NCBI RefSeq assembly: GCF_003860215.1 | Contig: NZ_RQYH01000025.1 | Location: 2,132 to 34,131, forward strand | DNA: 32,000 nt | Direction: 5' to 3' | Source: Desulfovibrio sp. OH1186_COT-070 | GTDB lineage: Bacteria > Desulfobacterota > Desulfovibrionia > Desulfovibrionales > Desulfovibrionaceae | Shown: in pieces, positions 17,493 through 27,627 of the stretch | Numbering within the stretch: position 1 is the stretch's first letter | Layout: every line of letters starts with the position of its first letter | The notes under the pieces: generated by a model | The model's database searches: none | What the model saw: the letters and a program-made list of their open reading frames with translations, nothing else | Told to the model about the DNA's origin: nothing | Translations under genes and position numbers: made by a program

Positions 17493-17762
17493 CTACTCAG
17501 CCTTCATGGCGTTCACGGCGCGAGCCAGACGCGAAACCTTGCGTGCAGCCTTTTTCCAGTGCAGGGCTCCCTTGCCCGCAGCCTTGGCCAAAACGGACGA
17601 GGCCACGCCCAGAGCTTCACCGGCCTGAAGCTGATCGTTGTTCTGAATGGCGGCACGCACGCTCTTGACGGCATTTTTGACGCGCGTACGGACAGCGCGG
17701 TTGCGGGCTGCCCGCTGGATGCTCTGCCGGTGACGTTTGACGGCTGACTTGTGGTTGGCCAC
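17493..17762 (-). CDS. rpsT: 30S ribosomal protein S20
   Basis: GTG at 17762 lies 5 nt after GGAGG and gives (M)[13 protein letters not shown]..., the canonical S20 N-terminus. The track start at 17774 is a GTG overlapping the SD. Confidence 0.9.
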   Translation of the reverse strand: MANHKSAVKRHRQSIQRAARNRAVRTRVKNAVKSVRAAIQNNDQLQAGEALGVASSVLAKAAGKGALHWKKAARKVSRLARAVNAMKAE

Positions 17763-17858
17763 TGTATCCTCCACTCTCTCGGGGCATAGGCCCCTGCCAT
17801 ATTTTTCGTTCCGAAAAAATGTATTTGCCCCAACAGCCAGAAACTGTCAAGCACAAAA

Positions 17859-19943
17859 TCACATTTGCAGGGCGGCAAAATCCGCCAGGCGCGCAAAGCG
17901 TTCGCCCAACAGGCGCAGCATGGTCAGACGGTTGCGGCGCAAGGCTTCGTCCTCGGCCATGACCATGACCCCGTTGAAAAAGGCATCCACAGCAGGTCGC
18001 ACGTCGTTGAGGCAGGCCAGGGCAGCCGTGTGATTGTGCGCGGCCCACAGGCTGTCCAGACGGGGCAGAAGGTTCTCCAGCGTGGCGGCCAGCGCTTTTT
18101 CCGCATCTTCCTGAAGCAGGGAGGGATCCCAATGGCCGGGCAGTTCCGCCAAATCCGCCTGCTTGCGCAGAATGTTGGAGACGCGCTTGAAGGTCTGCAC
18201 CGCATCGGCATAGCCTTCCTCACGGCTGAAGACCACCAGAGCCGACAGGCGCGCCGCGCAGTCCCGCACATCTTCCGTGCCCGCGCCCAGCGCGGCGTCC
18301 ACCAGCAGCGTGTCCCGTCCCTGGGTCAGGAAATAGTTGCGCAGCCTGGCGACAAAAAATTCCATCAGCTTGTCCAGCGTTTCGGAGGCGGGCATTTTCC
18401 ACGGCCTGTCACCGTAGAGATTGTGGGCTTTGGCAAAAACCTGCCGCACGTCCAGAGAAAGGCCGAAGTCCAGCAGAATGCGGATGATGCCCAGAGCACA
18501 CCGCCGCAGGCCGTTGGCATCCGCCGTGCCTGTGGGGATCATGCCCAGGCCGAAGCAGCCGACAAGAGTGTCGGCCTTGTCGGCCAGCGACAGAAGCGCA
18601 CCGCACAGACTGCGGGGCAGCGGCGAATCCGGCCCGGCAGGAAGATACTGTTCGGCAAGAGCCTGAGCCACAGCGCGGCTCTCGCCCTTGCGCTCCGCGT
18701 AGATCCCCCCCATGATGCCCTGAAGCGTATCAAACTCGCCCACCAGACCGCTGACCAGATCCGCCTTGGAGAGACGCCCGGCGCGCGCAGTGTCTTCGAC
18801 CATGTCCTGCGCGCAGCATTCGGCCAGCCAGCGGCACAGGGCTTCGAGGCGCCGGGTTTTGTCGCCCATGCTGCCCAGGCTGCCGAGAAAGATTACAGAA
18901 TCCAGCTTGCGCAGCCATGTCGCAAAATCGTCGCGCAAGTCCGCATGCCAGAAAAAGCGGGCGTCCTCCAGGCGGGCGCGCAGCACACGCTCCCATCCCT
19001 GCTTGACGCACGCCATGTCTTCGGGCGCAATATTGAGCACCGTGAGAAAGTGCGGCAGCAGCTTTTTGTCCGCCCCTTCAATGCCAAAACTCTTTTGGTG
19101 GCTTTCCATGCTGGTCAGCAGCACTTCCCGCGGAATCTCCAGATAGGCGGGATCAAAATCCGCCAGCAGGGGCACGGGATGCTCCACCAGCCCCTGCACC
19201 TCGTCCAGCAGGTCGTCCTTCCAGAGAACTGTGCCGCTGACGCCCTTGGCAAGACTGTCGCCGGCCTCCACAATTTTTGCGCGCCGGGCAGCGGGATCAA
19301 GCGTTACGGAGCAGGCATTGGCCAGAACTTCGGCAAAATCCCGGGCATGAGCCACCACAAAGGGGCCGGGACCGTGAACGCGGTGTCCCCAGGTCTGCCG
19401 CCCTGCTGTTACCGGGCCAACGGCAAAAGGCACCACCACATCGTCCAGCAGGGCAAGTATCCAGCGCAGGGGGCGGGCGTACGCCACGGGATATGCGCCC
19501 CAGCGCATACGCTTGGCAAAGGGCAGGGCCGTGATGACTTCCGGACAGATGGCCGCCAGAATGTCCAGAGCGGATCCGCCGCCCGTACGTTTGCGCGCGG
19601 CCACATATTCGCCCTTGTCGGTCTGCTGCCGGAAAATTTCCTCAGGGGAGCAGCCCACGGTACGGGCAAAACCCTCCAGAGCCTTGCCGGGCCTGCCTTC
19701 CGCATCGTAGGCCACCCGCACCGGCGGCCCGAGGACGATTTCTTCCTTCTCTTTCTGCACGGGATTGAGGTCTTCCACCGTCACCACGGCGCGGCGCGGC
19801 GTACTCATGGCGCACAGGCCGCCGTACTCCAGCCCGGCGTCGTCAAGGGCGGCGGCAAAGCGCCCGGCAAGTTCCGCATCCTGAAGCGGCAGGAAACGGG
19901 AAGGCAGCTCCTCGCTGCCGATTTCAAGCACAAAGGTCGCCAC
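17859..19943 (-). CDS. glyS: Glycine--tRNA ligase beta subunit
   Basis: GTG start at 19943 lies 4 nt after the glyQ stop. The product begins MATFVLEIGSEELPSRF, the GlyS N-terminal signature, and is 694 aa long. Confidence 0.95.
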   Translation of the reverse strand: MATFVLEIGSEELPSRFLPLQDAELAGRFAAALDDAGLEYGGLCAMSTPRRAVVTVEDLNPVQKEKEEIVLGPPVRVAYDAEGRPGKALEGFARTVGCSPEEIFRQQTDKGEYVAARKRTGGGSALDILAAICPEVITALPFAKRMRWGAYPVAYARPLRWILALLDDVVVPFAVGPVTAGRQTWGHRVHGPGPFVVAHARDFAEVLANACSVTLDPAARRAKIVEAGDSLAKGVSGTVLWKDDLLDEVQGLVEHPVPLLADFDPAYLEIPREVLLTSMESHQKSFGIEGADKKLLPHFLTVLNIAPEDMACVKQGWERVLRARLEDARFFWHADLRDDFATWLRKLDSVIFLGSLGSMGDKTRRLEALCRWLAECCAQDMVEDTARAGRLSKADLVSGLVGEFDTLQGIMGGIYAERKGESRAVAQALAEQYLPAGPDSPLPRSLCGALLSLADKADTLVGCFGLGMIPTGTADANGLRRCALGIIRILLDFGLSLDVRQVFAKAHNLYGDRPWKMPASETLDKLMEFFVARLRNYFLTQGRDTLLVDAALGAGTEDVRDCAARLSALVVFSREEGYADAVQTFKRVSNILRKQADLAELPGHWDPSLLQEDAEKALAATLENLLPRLDSLWAAHNHTAALACLNDVRPAVDAFFNGVMVMAEDEALRRNRLTMLRLLGERFARLADFAALQM

Positions 19944-19946
19944 GAT

Positions 19947-20825
19947 TTACCTCGCATCCTTGGTGAGCATGGGATAGCCCAGTTCCTCGCGCTGGGCGGC
20001 GTACAGGCGGGCCACACCGGCGGCCAGCGCCCGCACCCTGCCGATATAGCCGGTGCGCTCGGTGATGGATATGGCTCCGCGCGCGTCCAGCAGATTGAAC
20101 GTGTGCGAACACTTCAGGCAATAGTCATACGCGGGCCAGGGCAGCCCCAGTTCCTGCATGGCTCTGCTCTGGCTCTCGAAATCCGCAAAATGGCGCAACA
20201 GCATATCGGCACTGCTGGCCTCAAAATTGTGGCGGGACTGCTCCACTTCATTCTGGTGGTAAATATGACCATAGGTCACCTGCCTGTTCCAGGCCAGATC
20301 ATAGACCGACTCCACCCCCTGAAGATACATGGCCAGACGTTCCAGCCCGTACGTCAACTCCACGCTCACAGGTGAGAGGTCAATGCCCCCCACCTGCTGA
20401 AAATAGGTGAACTGGCTGACCTCCATGCCGTTGAGCCAGACCTCCCATCCCAAACCCCAGGCGCCGAGGGTGGGGGATTCCCAGTCGTCTTCCACAAAGC
20501 GGATATCGTGGGCAGACTGGCTGATGCCCAAAGCGCCGAGGCTCGCCAGATAAAGATCCTGGATATTGTCGGGCGAGGGCTTCATGATCACCTGAAACTG
20601 GAAATAGCGTTGCAGGCGATTGGGATTTTCGCCGTACCGGCCGTCAGTGGGACGCCGGGAAGGCTCCACATAGGCCACGTTCCACGGTTCCGGGCCGATC
20701 ACCCGCAAAAAGGTGTGCGGATTGAAGGTTCCTGCGCCACACTCCACACCCGACGGCTGCTCCACAACGCAGCCCTGGTCGGCCCAGTATTTTTGCAGGG
20801 TGAAGATAATATCCTGAAAGTACAT
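19947..20825 (-). CDS. glyQ: Glycine--tRNA ligase alpha subunit
   Basis: Start is ATG 20825. The product begins [19 protein letters not shown]..., followed by highly conserved GlyQ sequence ([19 protein letters not shown]). Confidence 0.95.
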   Translation of the reverse strand: MYFQDIIFTLQKYWADQGCVVEQPSGVECGAGTFNPHTFLRVIGPEPWNVAYVEPSRRPTDGRYGENPNRLQRYFQFQVIMKPSPDNIQDLYLASLGALGISQSAHDIRFVEDDWESPTLGAWGLGWEVWLNGMEVSQFTYFQQVGGIDLSPVSVELTYGLERLAMYLQGVESVYDLAWNRQVTYGHIYHQNEVEQSRHNFEASSADMLLRHFADFESQSRAMQELGLPWPAYDYCLKCSHTFNLLDARGAISITERTGYIGRVRALAAGVARLYAAQREELGYPMLTKDAR

Positions 20826-20926
20826 ATTTTGTCCTTGTTTTCGGCAGCATTTGACCCCAAACGGCATTGCCGCAACGCAGCCGCGCCAAGAGGCGGCTTT
20901 GCGATGAACGGCGAACGCGGCCCGCC

Positions 20927-21676
20927 CTACACTTTCCGGAAGTGCCCGCCTTCCCAGGCCAGGCCAAGATGGTACTGCACAAAACCGTCAATGGCCCGCG
21001 CACAGGCGTGGCGCACGGCAGCGGGCAGGTCCCCGGTCCGCCAGCCGGACGGCCATTCTTGCTGCACATGGCGCAAAAGGTCAAGCCCGTCCGCATCCAT
21101 ATCCACGCCGTAGCGCGCTCCGCCCGCCGCAGCCCGGCAGGAAGCGCAGCGGACATGGCCTTCGTCCACCACAAACTGCCCTCCGCCAGAAAGAGAAGCG
21201 CCGCACAGCCCGCATCTGCCAAGATCAGGGGCAAAACCCAGAGCCCCGGCCAAACGCAGACGAAAAAAAAGCGGCAGCAGTGCTGGCAGGACGGAAGCGC
21301 TCTCCAGGGTGACGCGCAAATCTTCCACCAGGGCATAGGCATCGTCCGCCCCTTCGGGCGGCACACCCAATGCCTCCACAAAGCGCAGGCAGTTGACGGC
21401 CAGCCCCATGCGCCGCCAGTCTTTGCGCAAGACCCTGGGGCCGCCCAGAAGCACGGCCTCCTCGAGATTGAGAAAGCCGCTACGCCCGGCCCTGACCCTG
21501 CAATGCAGAGAATTGAAAATATCCAGGCATCCGCAGAAGCGGCGGCGACTGCGGCTGCCGCCAAAGGCGAACAACGTCAGGAGGCCATGCCGACGGCTGA
21601 GCATTCGCAGCCAGAGGTCAGACTCGCGAAAATGCCCCATGCGCAAAACAAGCGCACGATCCGCCCATTCGGTCAT
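20927..21676 (-). CDS. recO: DNA repair protein RecO
   Basis: ATG 21676 overlaps the upstream stop (ATGA). The product has an OB-fold N-terminus ([20 protein letters not shown]) and a Cys4 zinc motif (CGLCG...CASC). Confidence 0.85.
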   Translation of the reverse strand: MTEWADRALVLRMGHFRESDLWLRMLSRRHGLLTLFAFGGSRSRRRFCGCLDIFNSLHCRVRAGRSGFLNLEEAVLLGGPRVLRKDWRRMGLAVNCLRFVEALGVPPEGADDAYALVEDLRVTLESASVLPALLPLFFRLRLAGALGFAPDLGRCGLCGASLSGGGQFVVDEGHVRCASCRAAAGGARYGVDMDADGLDLLRHVQQEWPSGWRTGDLPAAVRHACARAIDGFVQYHLGLAWEGGHFRKV

Positions 21677-22554
21677 GGCTGGACGGCAGGAGGAAAGGTA
21701 ATCGTGCGCACCTGCCCCGCCTGCCCGGACAGCGGCATTTCCTTGCCGTTGTAGCGCAGCCGTACGCCGCCGGCATTGCCCAGCTTCAATTCCAGCGTCT
21801 TGCTGAAGGTCAGGGCAAAGGTGTCTCCCTTGCGCAGGGAAAACTGGCGCGTATCGCTGTTGTCGGCGGTGGAATGCACCCAGCACTCGGCTATGGCCGT
21901 CAGAATGACCTTGTGGGACCCCAGAAGCTCTTCCGCCCCCGGAGCAGACGTTGCAGCGCCTTCGCCGCTTCGCTGCGGGGGCGCTGCGTCCGGAGCGGAG
22001 GCAGGAGTTGCGGGTGCGCCGGAAGGGGCCTGCCTGTCGGCAGGCTGGCCGCCCGAAGACTGTGAGGAAGTGGGGGAGCTTCCCTGCTGGCCGGCTTGCC
22101 CGGCATCCGCGGGCACGCTTTCCTCCACGGGGGCGGGCTGCGCCAAACGCCGCGTCTGGCGGCCCAGAAAGTCCATGGCGCCCTGCTGCCAGAACACATA
22201 GGCCCCCACCCCCAGACAAAGCAGCACAAAGAGTACGGAAAAAACACGGAAATTGCGGCGTGAAGCCGGGGGAATTTCCGGCTGATAGGGACTTTGCGGA
22301 ACAAACCTCTCCGCTTCGTCATCCAGCCTGCGGATGACCGGGGCAACAGCATCTTCGGGCAGCCCCACATAGGCCGCATAGGCGCGGAGAAAACCCTTGG
22401 CATAGGCAAGAGGAGGCAGGGAGCCTTCGTCGCCGTCCTCAATGGCGCGCAACAGGCGCGCGCCGATTTTCAGGTGATTCGCCGCATCGTCAATGGTCAG
22501 GCCACGCTTTTCGCGCTCGGCGCGCAGAGCCATACCCAGTTCGGCCAACGTCAT
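21673..22554 (-). CDS. rodZ: RodZ-like HTH membrane protein (XRE-type HTH, one TM segment, Pro/Ala-rich linker, DUF4115-like C-terminus)
   Basis: Start is ATG 22554 with SD GAGGA. The N-terminal HTH is LRAEREKRGLTIDDAANHLKIGARLLRAIE. The TM segment is FRVFSVLFVLLCLGVGAYVFW. Confidence 0.75.
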   Translation of the reverse strand: MTLAELGMALRAEREKRGLTIDDAANHLKIGARLLRAIEDGDEGSLPPLAYAKGFLRAYAAYVGLPEDAVAPVIRRLDDEAERFVPQSPYQPEIPPASRRNFRVFSVLFVLLCLGVGAYVFWQQGAMDFLGRQTRRLAQPAPVEESVPADAGQAGQQGSSPTSSQSSGGQPADRQAPSGAPATPASAPDAAPPQRSGEGAATSAPGAEELLGSHKVILTAIAECWVHSTADNSDTRQFSLRKGDTFALTFSKTLELKLGNAGGVRLRYNGKEMPLSGQAGQVRTITFPPAVQP

Positions 22555-22617
22555 AACACGTCCTCAACAAGGGTTGAAACACCTGCTCCCCCGCCCTTTG
22601 CGGAGCCGGGGCAAACG

Positions 22618-23559
22618 CTACAGTCGGATATCAATGACCGCCTTTCTGCGAAGCTGGGCACTGTAGTCCTCAAAACGCTCCATTGCCTTGGGCTGGCGCA
22701 GCCGGGCGTCAATCTGGGGCTTGGCCTCCTCAAAAGTGAGCATCCTGGCTGCGCCGCCGCCCGGCCGGAAAAGATGCACCTGGGCCTTGTGCCCCTGCAG
22801 ATCAAAAATTTCCGTGACATCGCCGGGCTTCATCTTGCTGAGGCGGGCTTCCCATTCCGGGTTGAGGCGCTCCCACTCCACCGGCCCCATATCTCCGCCC
22901 TTGTCCCTGTTGGGCGCAACGGAATATTTGGACACGGCCTCCGCAAAGCCCAGAGAGCCGGATTTGATCTGCGCGGCAACAGAGGCCGCATTGGCCTTGG
23001 GCGAATAGACCAGAATGCCCATGTGCAGGCCCGTCCGGTCATAGAAAGTATCCTTGTGCGCCTCGTAGTACGCCTTGATTTCATCGGGCGTGACCACGAC
23101 CCTGCGCCCCACTTCCATGCTCATGACCTTCTGGCGCAGAAGATTTTTCTCTATGCCGGAACGCAGTTCGGCCACGCTGGACTTCTGCCGCGCCAGTTGT
23201 GCCTCGAACTGCTCTCTGGTCAGGTTGTTGCCCTTCATGATTCTGGTGATTTCATCGTCCACTTCCGACGGGGCAACGGTGGCCTTGAGCCGTTTGGCCT
23301 CCTGCACGATGAGGATATCCATGACCATCACGTCCAGCACCTTGCGGAGAACAGCGTCCACTGCCTTGGCCTGCTTGGGATTGTCGGGGCTGAGGCGCGC
23401 ACGCGCCAATTCGGGCAGGGCATTTTTTTGCAGGTCAAACATGGTGATGACCTGGCCGTTGACCACAGCCGCAATTTTGTTGAGTTGAGCGGCCTGCACG
23501 GCACAGGGCCAAAGCAGGGCGAGGCACAGCAGCAAAACGGAGGCTTTTTTCACAGCCAT
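22618..23559 (-). CDS. Periplasmic SurA-like chaperone / parvulin-type peptidyl-prolyl isomerase
   Basis: Start is ATG 23559 with SD AGGAGA. The signal peptide is MAVKKASVLLLCLALLWPCAVQA. A SurA_N-like region is followed by a PpiC-type rotamase domain. Confidence 0.8.
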   Translation of the reverse strand: MAVKKASVLLLCLALLWPCAVQAAQLNKIAAVVNGQVITMFDLQKNALPELARARLSPDNPKQAKAVDAVLRKVLDVMVMDILIVQEAKRLKATVAPSEVDDEITRIMKGNNLTREQFEAQLARQKSSVAELRSGIEKNLLRQKVMSMEVGRRVVVTPDEIKAYYEAHKDTFYDRTGLHMGILVYSPKANAASVAAQIKSGSLGFAEAVSKYSVAPNRDKGGDMGPVEWERLNPEWEARLSKMKPGDVTEIFDLQGHKAQVHLFRPGGGAARMLTFEEAKPQIDARLRQPKAMERFEDYSAQLRRKAVIDIRL

Positions 23560-23739
23560 TCTCCTGTAGAAAAATACCAGATACTATCTTTTTATCAGAT
23601 ATCGCACTTTCGCTGCATATGCAATGCAGGGGGAGCAGAGCCGCCAACAACAGTCCAAACCCGCGACAAACCCCGCCTGGCCCTGCGCCGTCCAGACTGC
23701 GCAACCGTGCGCGCACGCGGCACAAAGCCCGGCAGCCCG

Positions 23740-26700
23740 CTACTGCGGGCATTCCGTCCCGGCGGGGGGAGAAGGCACGCGCACCCCTTCCAGCAGGGCA
23801 CAGATTCTTTGCAGCCCTCCGGAGAAAGATTCTTCTGGCGGCAGCGGCAAATGCAGTCCTGCGGGAGGCAACATGCGCACCCCCGGCACGGAAGACGCCA
23901 GCTTCAGGATGCTTTCGGGCTGAACAGCGCTCTGGCCGTCAGGCCAGGTCAGGCGCACGTGGTCACGCCGCACATCGGCCTTCTGCACTTGCAGACGGCC
24001 AAGAAACTGCTTGAAGTCCAGCACGGCCAGAAAATTCTGCACTTCTTCGGGGAAGGGGCCGAAACGGTCCCGCATGTCCAGAGCAGCCGCCTCACGGGCA
24101 CTGCCGCTGCCTGCCGAGGTCAGGGCCTTGTAACAGCGCAGGCGTTCGCGCCCGTCCTCCACATAGGTTTCGGGAATATGCGCGGGCAGGCCCAAGGTCA
24201 GTTCGGTTTCGGGCACCAGCGCTCCGGGAGTACCCTTGAGGCGCGAAACTTCCTCCTCAAGCATTTCCAGATACAGATCCAGCCCCACCCGGCACATGTG
24301 CCCGGACTGCACCTCGCCCAGGATGTTTCCCGCTCCCCGCAGGCGCAAATCTTCCATGGCCACCTGAAAGCCCGCGCCCAGATAGTCCATGTCCATGATG
24401 ACGCGCAGGCGTTCTTCCGCCACCGGAGTCAGCCTGCGCGCATCAGGCACGACAAAAAAGGCGTATGCCTGCCGGTCGCTGCGCCCCACGCGCCCCCTGA
24501 GTTGGTACAACTGCCCCAGGCCGAACATCTGCGCCTGATCCACCACAAGCGTATTGGCCCGTGGAAAATCCAGGCCCGACTCCACAATGGACGTGCAGAC
24601 CAGCACATCCAGTTCTCCGTGCCAGAACTTGCGCATGGTGCCTTCCAGAGCGACTTCGGCCATCTGCCCATGCGCCATGCCCACCCGAGCCGAGGGAACC
24701 AGCCCGCGCACATATTCGGCCACGCGCTCCAGACCCTGCACGCGGTTGTACACCCAAAATACCTGCCCCTGCCGCTCCAGTTCGCGCTCCAGCACCTTGC
24801 GCAGCACGTCGTCATCGCGCTGCAGCACAGCCCCGGCCACAGGCTTGCGGTCCTGGGGGGCGGTTTCGATGATGGAAAGCTCGCGTATGCCGGACATGGA
24901 AAGCTGGAGCGTACGCGGAATGGGTGTGGCCGTCAGGGTGAGCACATCCACATTTTTTTTCAGGGCCTTGAGTTTTTCCTTGTGGCGCACCCCGAACCGC
25001 TGCTCTTCGTCAAGAATGAGCAGCGCAAGGTTGGGAAGCTTGACATCATTGGACAAAATCCGGTGCGTGCCGATGAGAATGTCTGTCTGCCCCGCCTCTG
25101 CCGCCCGCAGGACTTCTTTTTGCCGGGGGCGGGGCACAAAACGGCTCAACAGACCCACGTTCACGGGAAAACCCGCCAGCCGCGCACGAAAGGTCTGGTA
25201 GTGCTGCTCGGCCAGCACCGTGGTGGGGCAGAGCATGGCCACCTGCCGCCCCTCGGAGGCCGCGCGAAAGGCCGCCCGCAGGGCTACCTCGGTTTTGCCG
25301 AAGCCCACATCGCCGCAGACCAGACGGTCCATGGGCGCGCTTTTGTCCATGTCTTCCAGCACATCCCTGATGGCCTTGGCCTGATCCGGCGTTTCCTCAA
25401 AGCCGAAGGTGGCCTCGAACTCGTGATACAAATCTCCCGGCGGATCATAGCGAAAGCCCTTGGTCACCTTGCGGTAGGCATACATTTCCACCAGATCGGC
25501 GGCAATTTTTTCTATGGCCTTGCGCGCCTTTTCCCTGCCGCTGGCCCAGGCGGCCGTGCCCAGACGATCCAGCGCCGGTTCGCTGCCCTCCGCCCCCTTG
25601 AAACGCTGCACAAGGCCCAGCCGGTCCACGGGCACATAGAGCTTGTCCTGCCCGGAATACTCCACAAGCAGAAAATCGTTGGCCGCGGCGTGCATATCAA
25701 GGCGGTGCAGGCCCGCAAAACGGCCGATGCCGTAGTCACGGTGCACCAGAAGGTCGCCGGGCTTGAGGTCGTCAAAGCTGTCCAGCCCCTTGAAGACGCG
25801 CGAAGATACGCGGGGGGCCTTTTCCGCCCTGGGATACAGGATTTCTTCGCCCAGAATCAGGGCATTGTCCCAGGCAAGCTCCGCCCCCCGGCGAAAAGGC
25901 GACACCAGCGCAAAAAGGCCGGCCTGATCCGGCGCGTAGCGCAACGCGGGCGCAATGCCCTCCTGCGCGGCCAGCTTGAGAAATCCGGCCCGGCTTCTGG
26001 CCGAGGCAAAACTCAGCACCACCTGACGCCGCCCGCCCCTCCACTCCTTGAGAGCAGCGGAAAGGTGCTGCCAGGGGCGGTCAGAAGCGCCTGGCTGCGA
26101 AAAAAGGTCGGCAAAGGAATGCAGGGGCCTCTCGGCCAGGCGTATCCCGCGTTGTTCCACCCCCACCACCAGCGGCTCGGCGTGGACGCACTGAAAGCTG
26201 TTCCAGGGCGCGGGCAGAGAACGTTTGCGCAAGGCCAGGGACGTGGGCTGCGGCACAGGAGCTTCCAACGACTCAAGCCGTTCCTTGAGCAGAAGGCGCT
26301 CCTGAAGCAGGGCATCGCCGCTGTCCGCTTCGCCGGGCAGAAGCCAGAGGCTGTCTGCGGGGAGCCAGTCTTCCAGCAGGCTCGGATTTTCCAGCACGCA
26401 GCCGGGCAAAAGCCCTTCTCCCCCGGCATCCAGGGATTTTTTGAAGGAATAGCAGTCGTTCTCGCTGATGCGCCCTTGGGACAGCATATCGTTGCAGCGA
26501 TGCCGCGCCGCGTCCAGCGCGCTGGCGTCGAGAGCCAGAGGAGAAACGGGCAGCAGCGTAAATTCCGCACAGTCCAGCAGTGAACGCTGGCTTTCGGCGT
26601 CAAAAAAACGCATGTCTTCCAGCGTGTCACCGAAAAATTCCAGCCGCAGTGGGCGGGCGTAGCCCGAAGGGAAAATATCCAGAATATCGCCGCGCCGGGC

Positions 26701-27237
26701 CATTTCTCCGGGGCGAACCACCATGGGCACACGCCGGTATCCCCATTCCGAAGCCTGCTCCAGCAGAAGATCCGGCGACCAGTCGCTGCCCCACGCGAGA
26801 TCCAGACTGCGGGAGGCGAAGAAATCCCGCGGCATGTAACGCAACAAAAGGCTTTGGGCGCTGACCACAAGGCAGTGCGCCCCGGGCAGGGCCAAGGCAT
26901 GGAATACCGCCAGCAGCGAGGCCCACCGGGCCGTATCCCGCCAGTCGATCAACTCCGGCAGGAACAGGCAGGGGCTTTGCCATGACGGCATGGACAGGGA
27001 AACATCGCCGAGGGAAAGCTCCGGCGCAAAAAGCGTGGTCAGGGCGCGGGCAGCATGAAATTCCTCACGGGTGCGGGCGAGAATGACCGAAGTGCGGCCC
27101 GCAGCCTGCGCCTCGCAGGCAATGCGGCAGCGGGTGACCATGCCGCTGCGCTCCAGATGTATCCTGCTGTCTCCGGACGCAAGCAGTGTTTTGATATCCA
27201 TGCCGTGATCTGCGTGAAAGGACAAAGGGGGCGGCAT
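23740..27237 (-). CDS. mfd: Transcription-repair coupling factor Mfd
   Basis: The product contains the CarD-like segment (LKPGDLLVHRDYGIGRF). SF2 helicase motifs are present (CGDVGFGKTEVA, DEEQRFGV) along with a TRCF C-terminal domain. ATG 27237 is used as the start; ATG 27201 is an alternative and neither has a strong SD. Confidence 0.93.
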   Translation of the reverse strand: MPPPLSFHADHGMDIKTLLASGDSRIHLERSGMVTRCRIACEAQAAGRTSVILARTREEFHAARALTTLFAPELSLGDVSLSMPSWQSPCLFLPELIDWRDTARWASLLAVFHALALPGAHCLVVSAQSLLLRYMPRDFFASRSLDLAWGSDWSPDLLLEQASEWGYRRVPMVVRPGEMARRGDILDIFPSGYARPLRLEFFGDTLEDMRFFDAESQRSLLDCAEFTLLPVSPLALDASALDAARHRCNDMLSQGRISENDCYSFKKSLDAGGEGLLPGCVLENPSLLEDWLPADSLWLLPGEADSGDALLQERLLLKERLESLEAPVPQPTSLALRKRSLPAPWNSFQCVHAEPLVVGVEQRGIRLAERPLHSFADLFSQPGASDRPWQHLSAALKEWRGGRRQVVLSFASARSRAGFLKLAAQEGIAPALRYAPDQAGLFALVSPFRRGAELAWDNALILGEEILYPRAEKAPRVSSRVFKGLDSFDDLKPGDLLVHRDYGIGRFAGLHRLDMHAAANDFLLVEYSGQDKLYVPVDRLGLVQRFKGAEGSEPALDRLGTAAWASGREKARKAIEKIAADLVEMYAYRKVTKGFRYDPPGDLYHEFEATFGFEETPDQAKAIRDVLEDMDKSAPMDRLVCGDVGFGKTEVALRAAFRAASEGRQVAMLCPTTVLAEQHYQTFRARLAGFPVNVGLLSRFVPRPRQKEVLRAAEAGQTDILIGTHRILSNDVKLPNLALLILDEEQRFGVRHKEKLKALKKNVDVLTLTATPIPRTLQLSMSGIRELSIIETAPQDRKPVAGAVLQRDDDVLRKVLERELERQGQVFWVYNRVQGLERVAEYVRGLVPSARVGMAHGQMAEVALEGTMRKFWHGELDVLVCTSIVESGLDFPRANTLVVDQAQMFGLGQLYQLRGRVGRSDRQAYAFFVVPDARRLTPVAEERLRVIMDMDYLGAGFQVAMEDLRLRGAGNILGEVQSGHMCRVGLDLYLEMLEEEVSRLKGTPGALVPETELTLGLPAHIPETYVEDGRERLRCYKALTSAGSGSAREAAALDMRDRFGPFPEEVQNFLAVLDFKQFLGRLQVQKADVRRDHVRLTWPDGQSAVQPESILKLASSVPGVRMLPPAGLHLPLPPEESFSGGLQRICALLEGVRVPSPPAGTECPQ

Positions 27238-27258
27238 GTGGCCGCCCCCGGTAAGGCA

Positions 27259-27573
27259 TCAATGACCGCCGCAACCGGCGCAGGAGGAGCATCCGCCGCC
27301 GGTAGCAGGGAAAGGATTGGCAGGCTCGACCACAAAACCCATGTGATTGAGATCCACTGTCACGCCCTGCACCTGTTCCAGCAGTTCGGCGTTGATGCAG
27401 AAAGTGTGGCCTGCCTGTTCTTCGGTTTTGTCTTCCGCGCCCGGTTCGTCCAGAGCCAGGGCCAGACGGGGGCCGCCGCACCCCCCGGCCATGTATATCC
27501 TGATGGGGGCTTTTTCCTTGCCCTCGAAAAATGCATCAAGCTCCTTGCGAGCGCTGTCAGTCACGGTAAGCAT
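27259..27573 (-). CDS. HesB/IscA-like small protein, Cys form (paralog of the adjacent Sec gene)
   Basis: Start is ATG 27573 with SD GAGGA 7 nt upstream. The track start 27579 is a TTG. The 104-aa product is MLTVTDSARKELDAFFEGKEKAPIRIYMAGGCGGPRLALALDEP...GGGCSSCAGCGGH. Confidence 0.85.
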   Translation of the reverse strand: MLTVTDSARKELDAFFEGKEKAPIRIYMAGGCGGPRLALALDEPGAEDKTEEQAGHTFCINAELLEQVQGVTVDLNHMGFVVEPANPFPATGGGCSSCAGCGGH

Positions 27574-27627
27574 TGTCAATTCCTCGATATTTTTTGATTG
27601 TTGTTTGCAGGGCGGCGGTTTTGCATG

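Noticed and set aside
17801-17820. AT hairpin ATTTTTCG-TTC-CGAAAAAT between glyS and rpsT as a terminator
   Set aside because: The stem is weak and all A-T/T-A apart from two pairs, with a 3-4 nt loop. It lies in the rpsT promoter/leader region. I could not support either a terminator or a clear -35/-10 assignment.
17865-20375. 836-aa ORF on the plus strand
   Set aside because: It is antisense to glyS and glyQ, shows the same low-complexity GC-driven composition and has no family resemblance.
22294-26583. 1429-aa ORF on the plus strand
   Set aside because: It lies entirely antisense to rodZ-like, surA-like and mfd, all of which have clear family motifs. Its translation is low-complexity and rich in Arg, Gly, Ala, His and Gln, with no recognisable domain and no SD. 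This is a typical stop-codon-poor antisense frame in GC-rich DNA.
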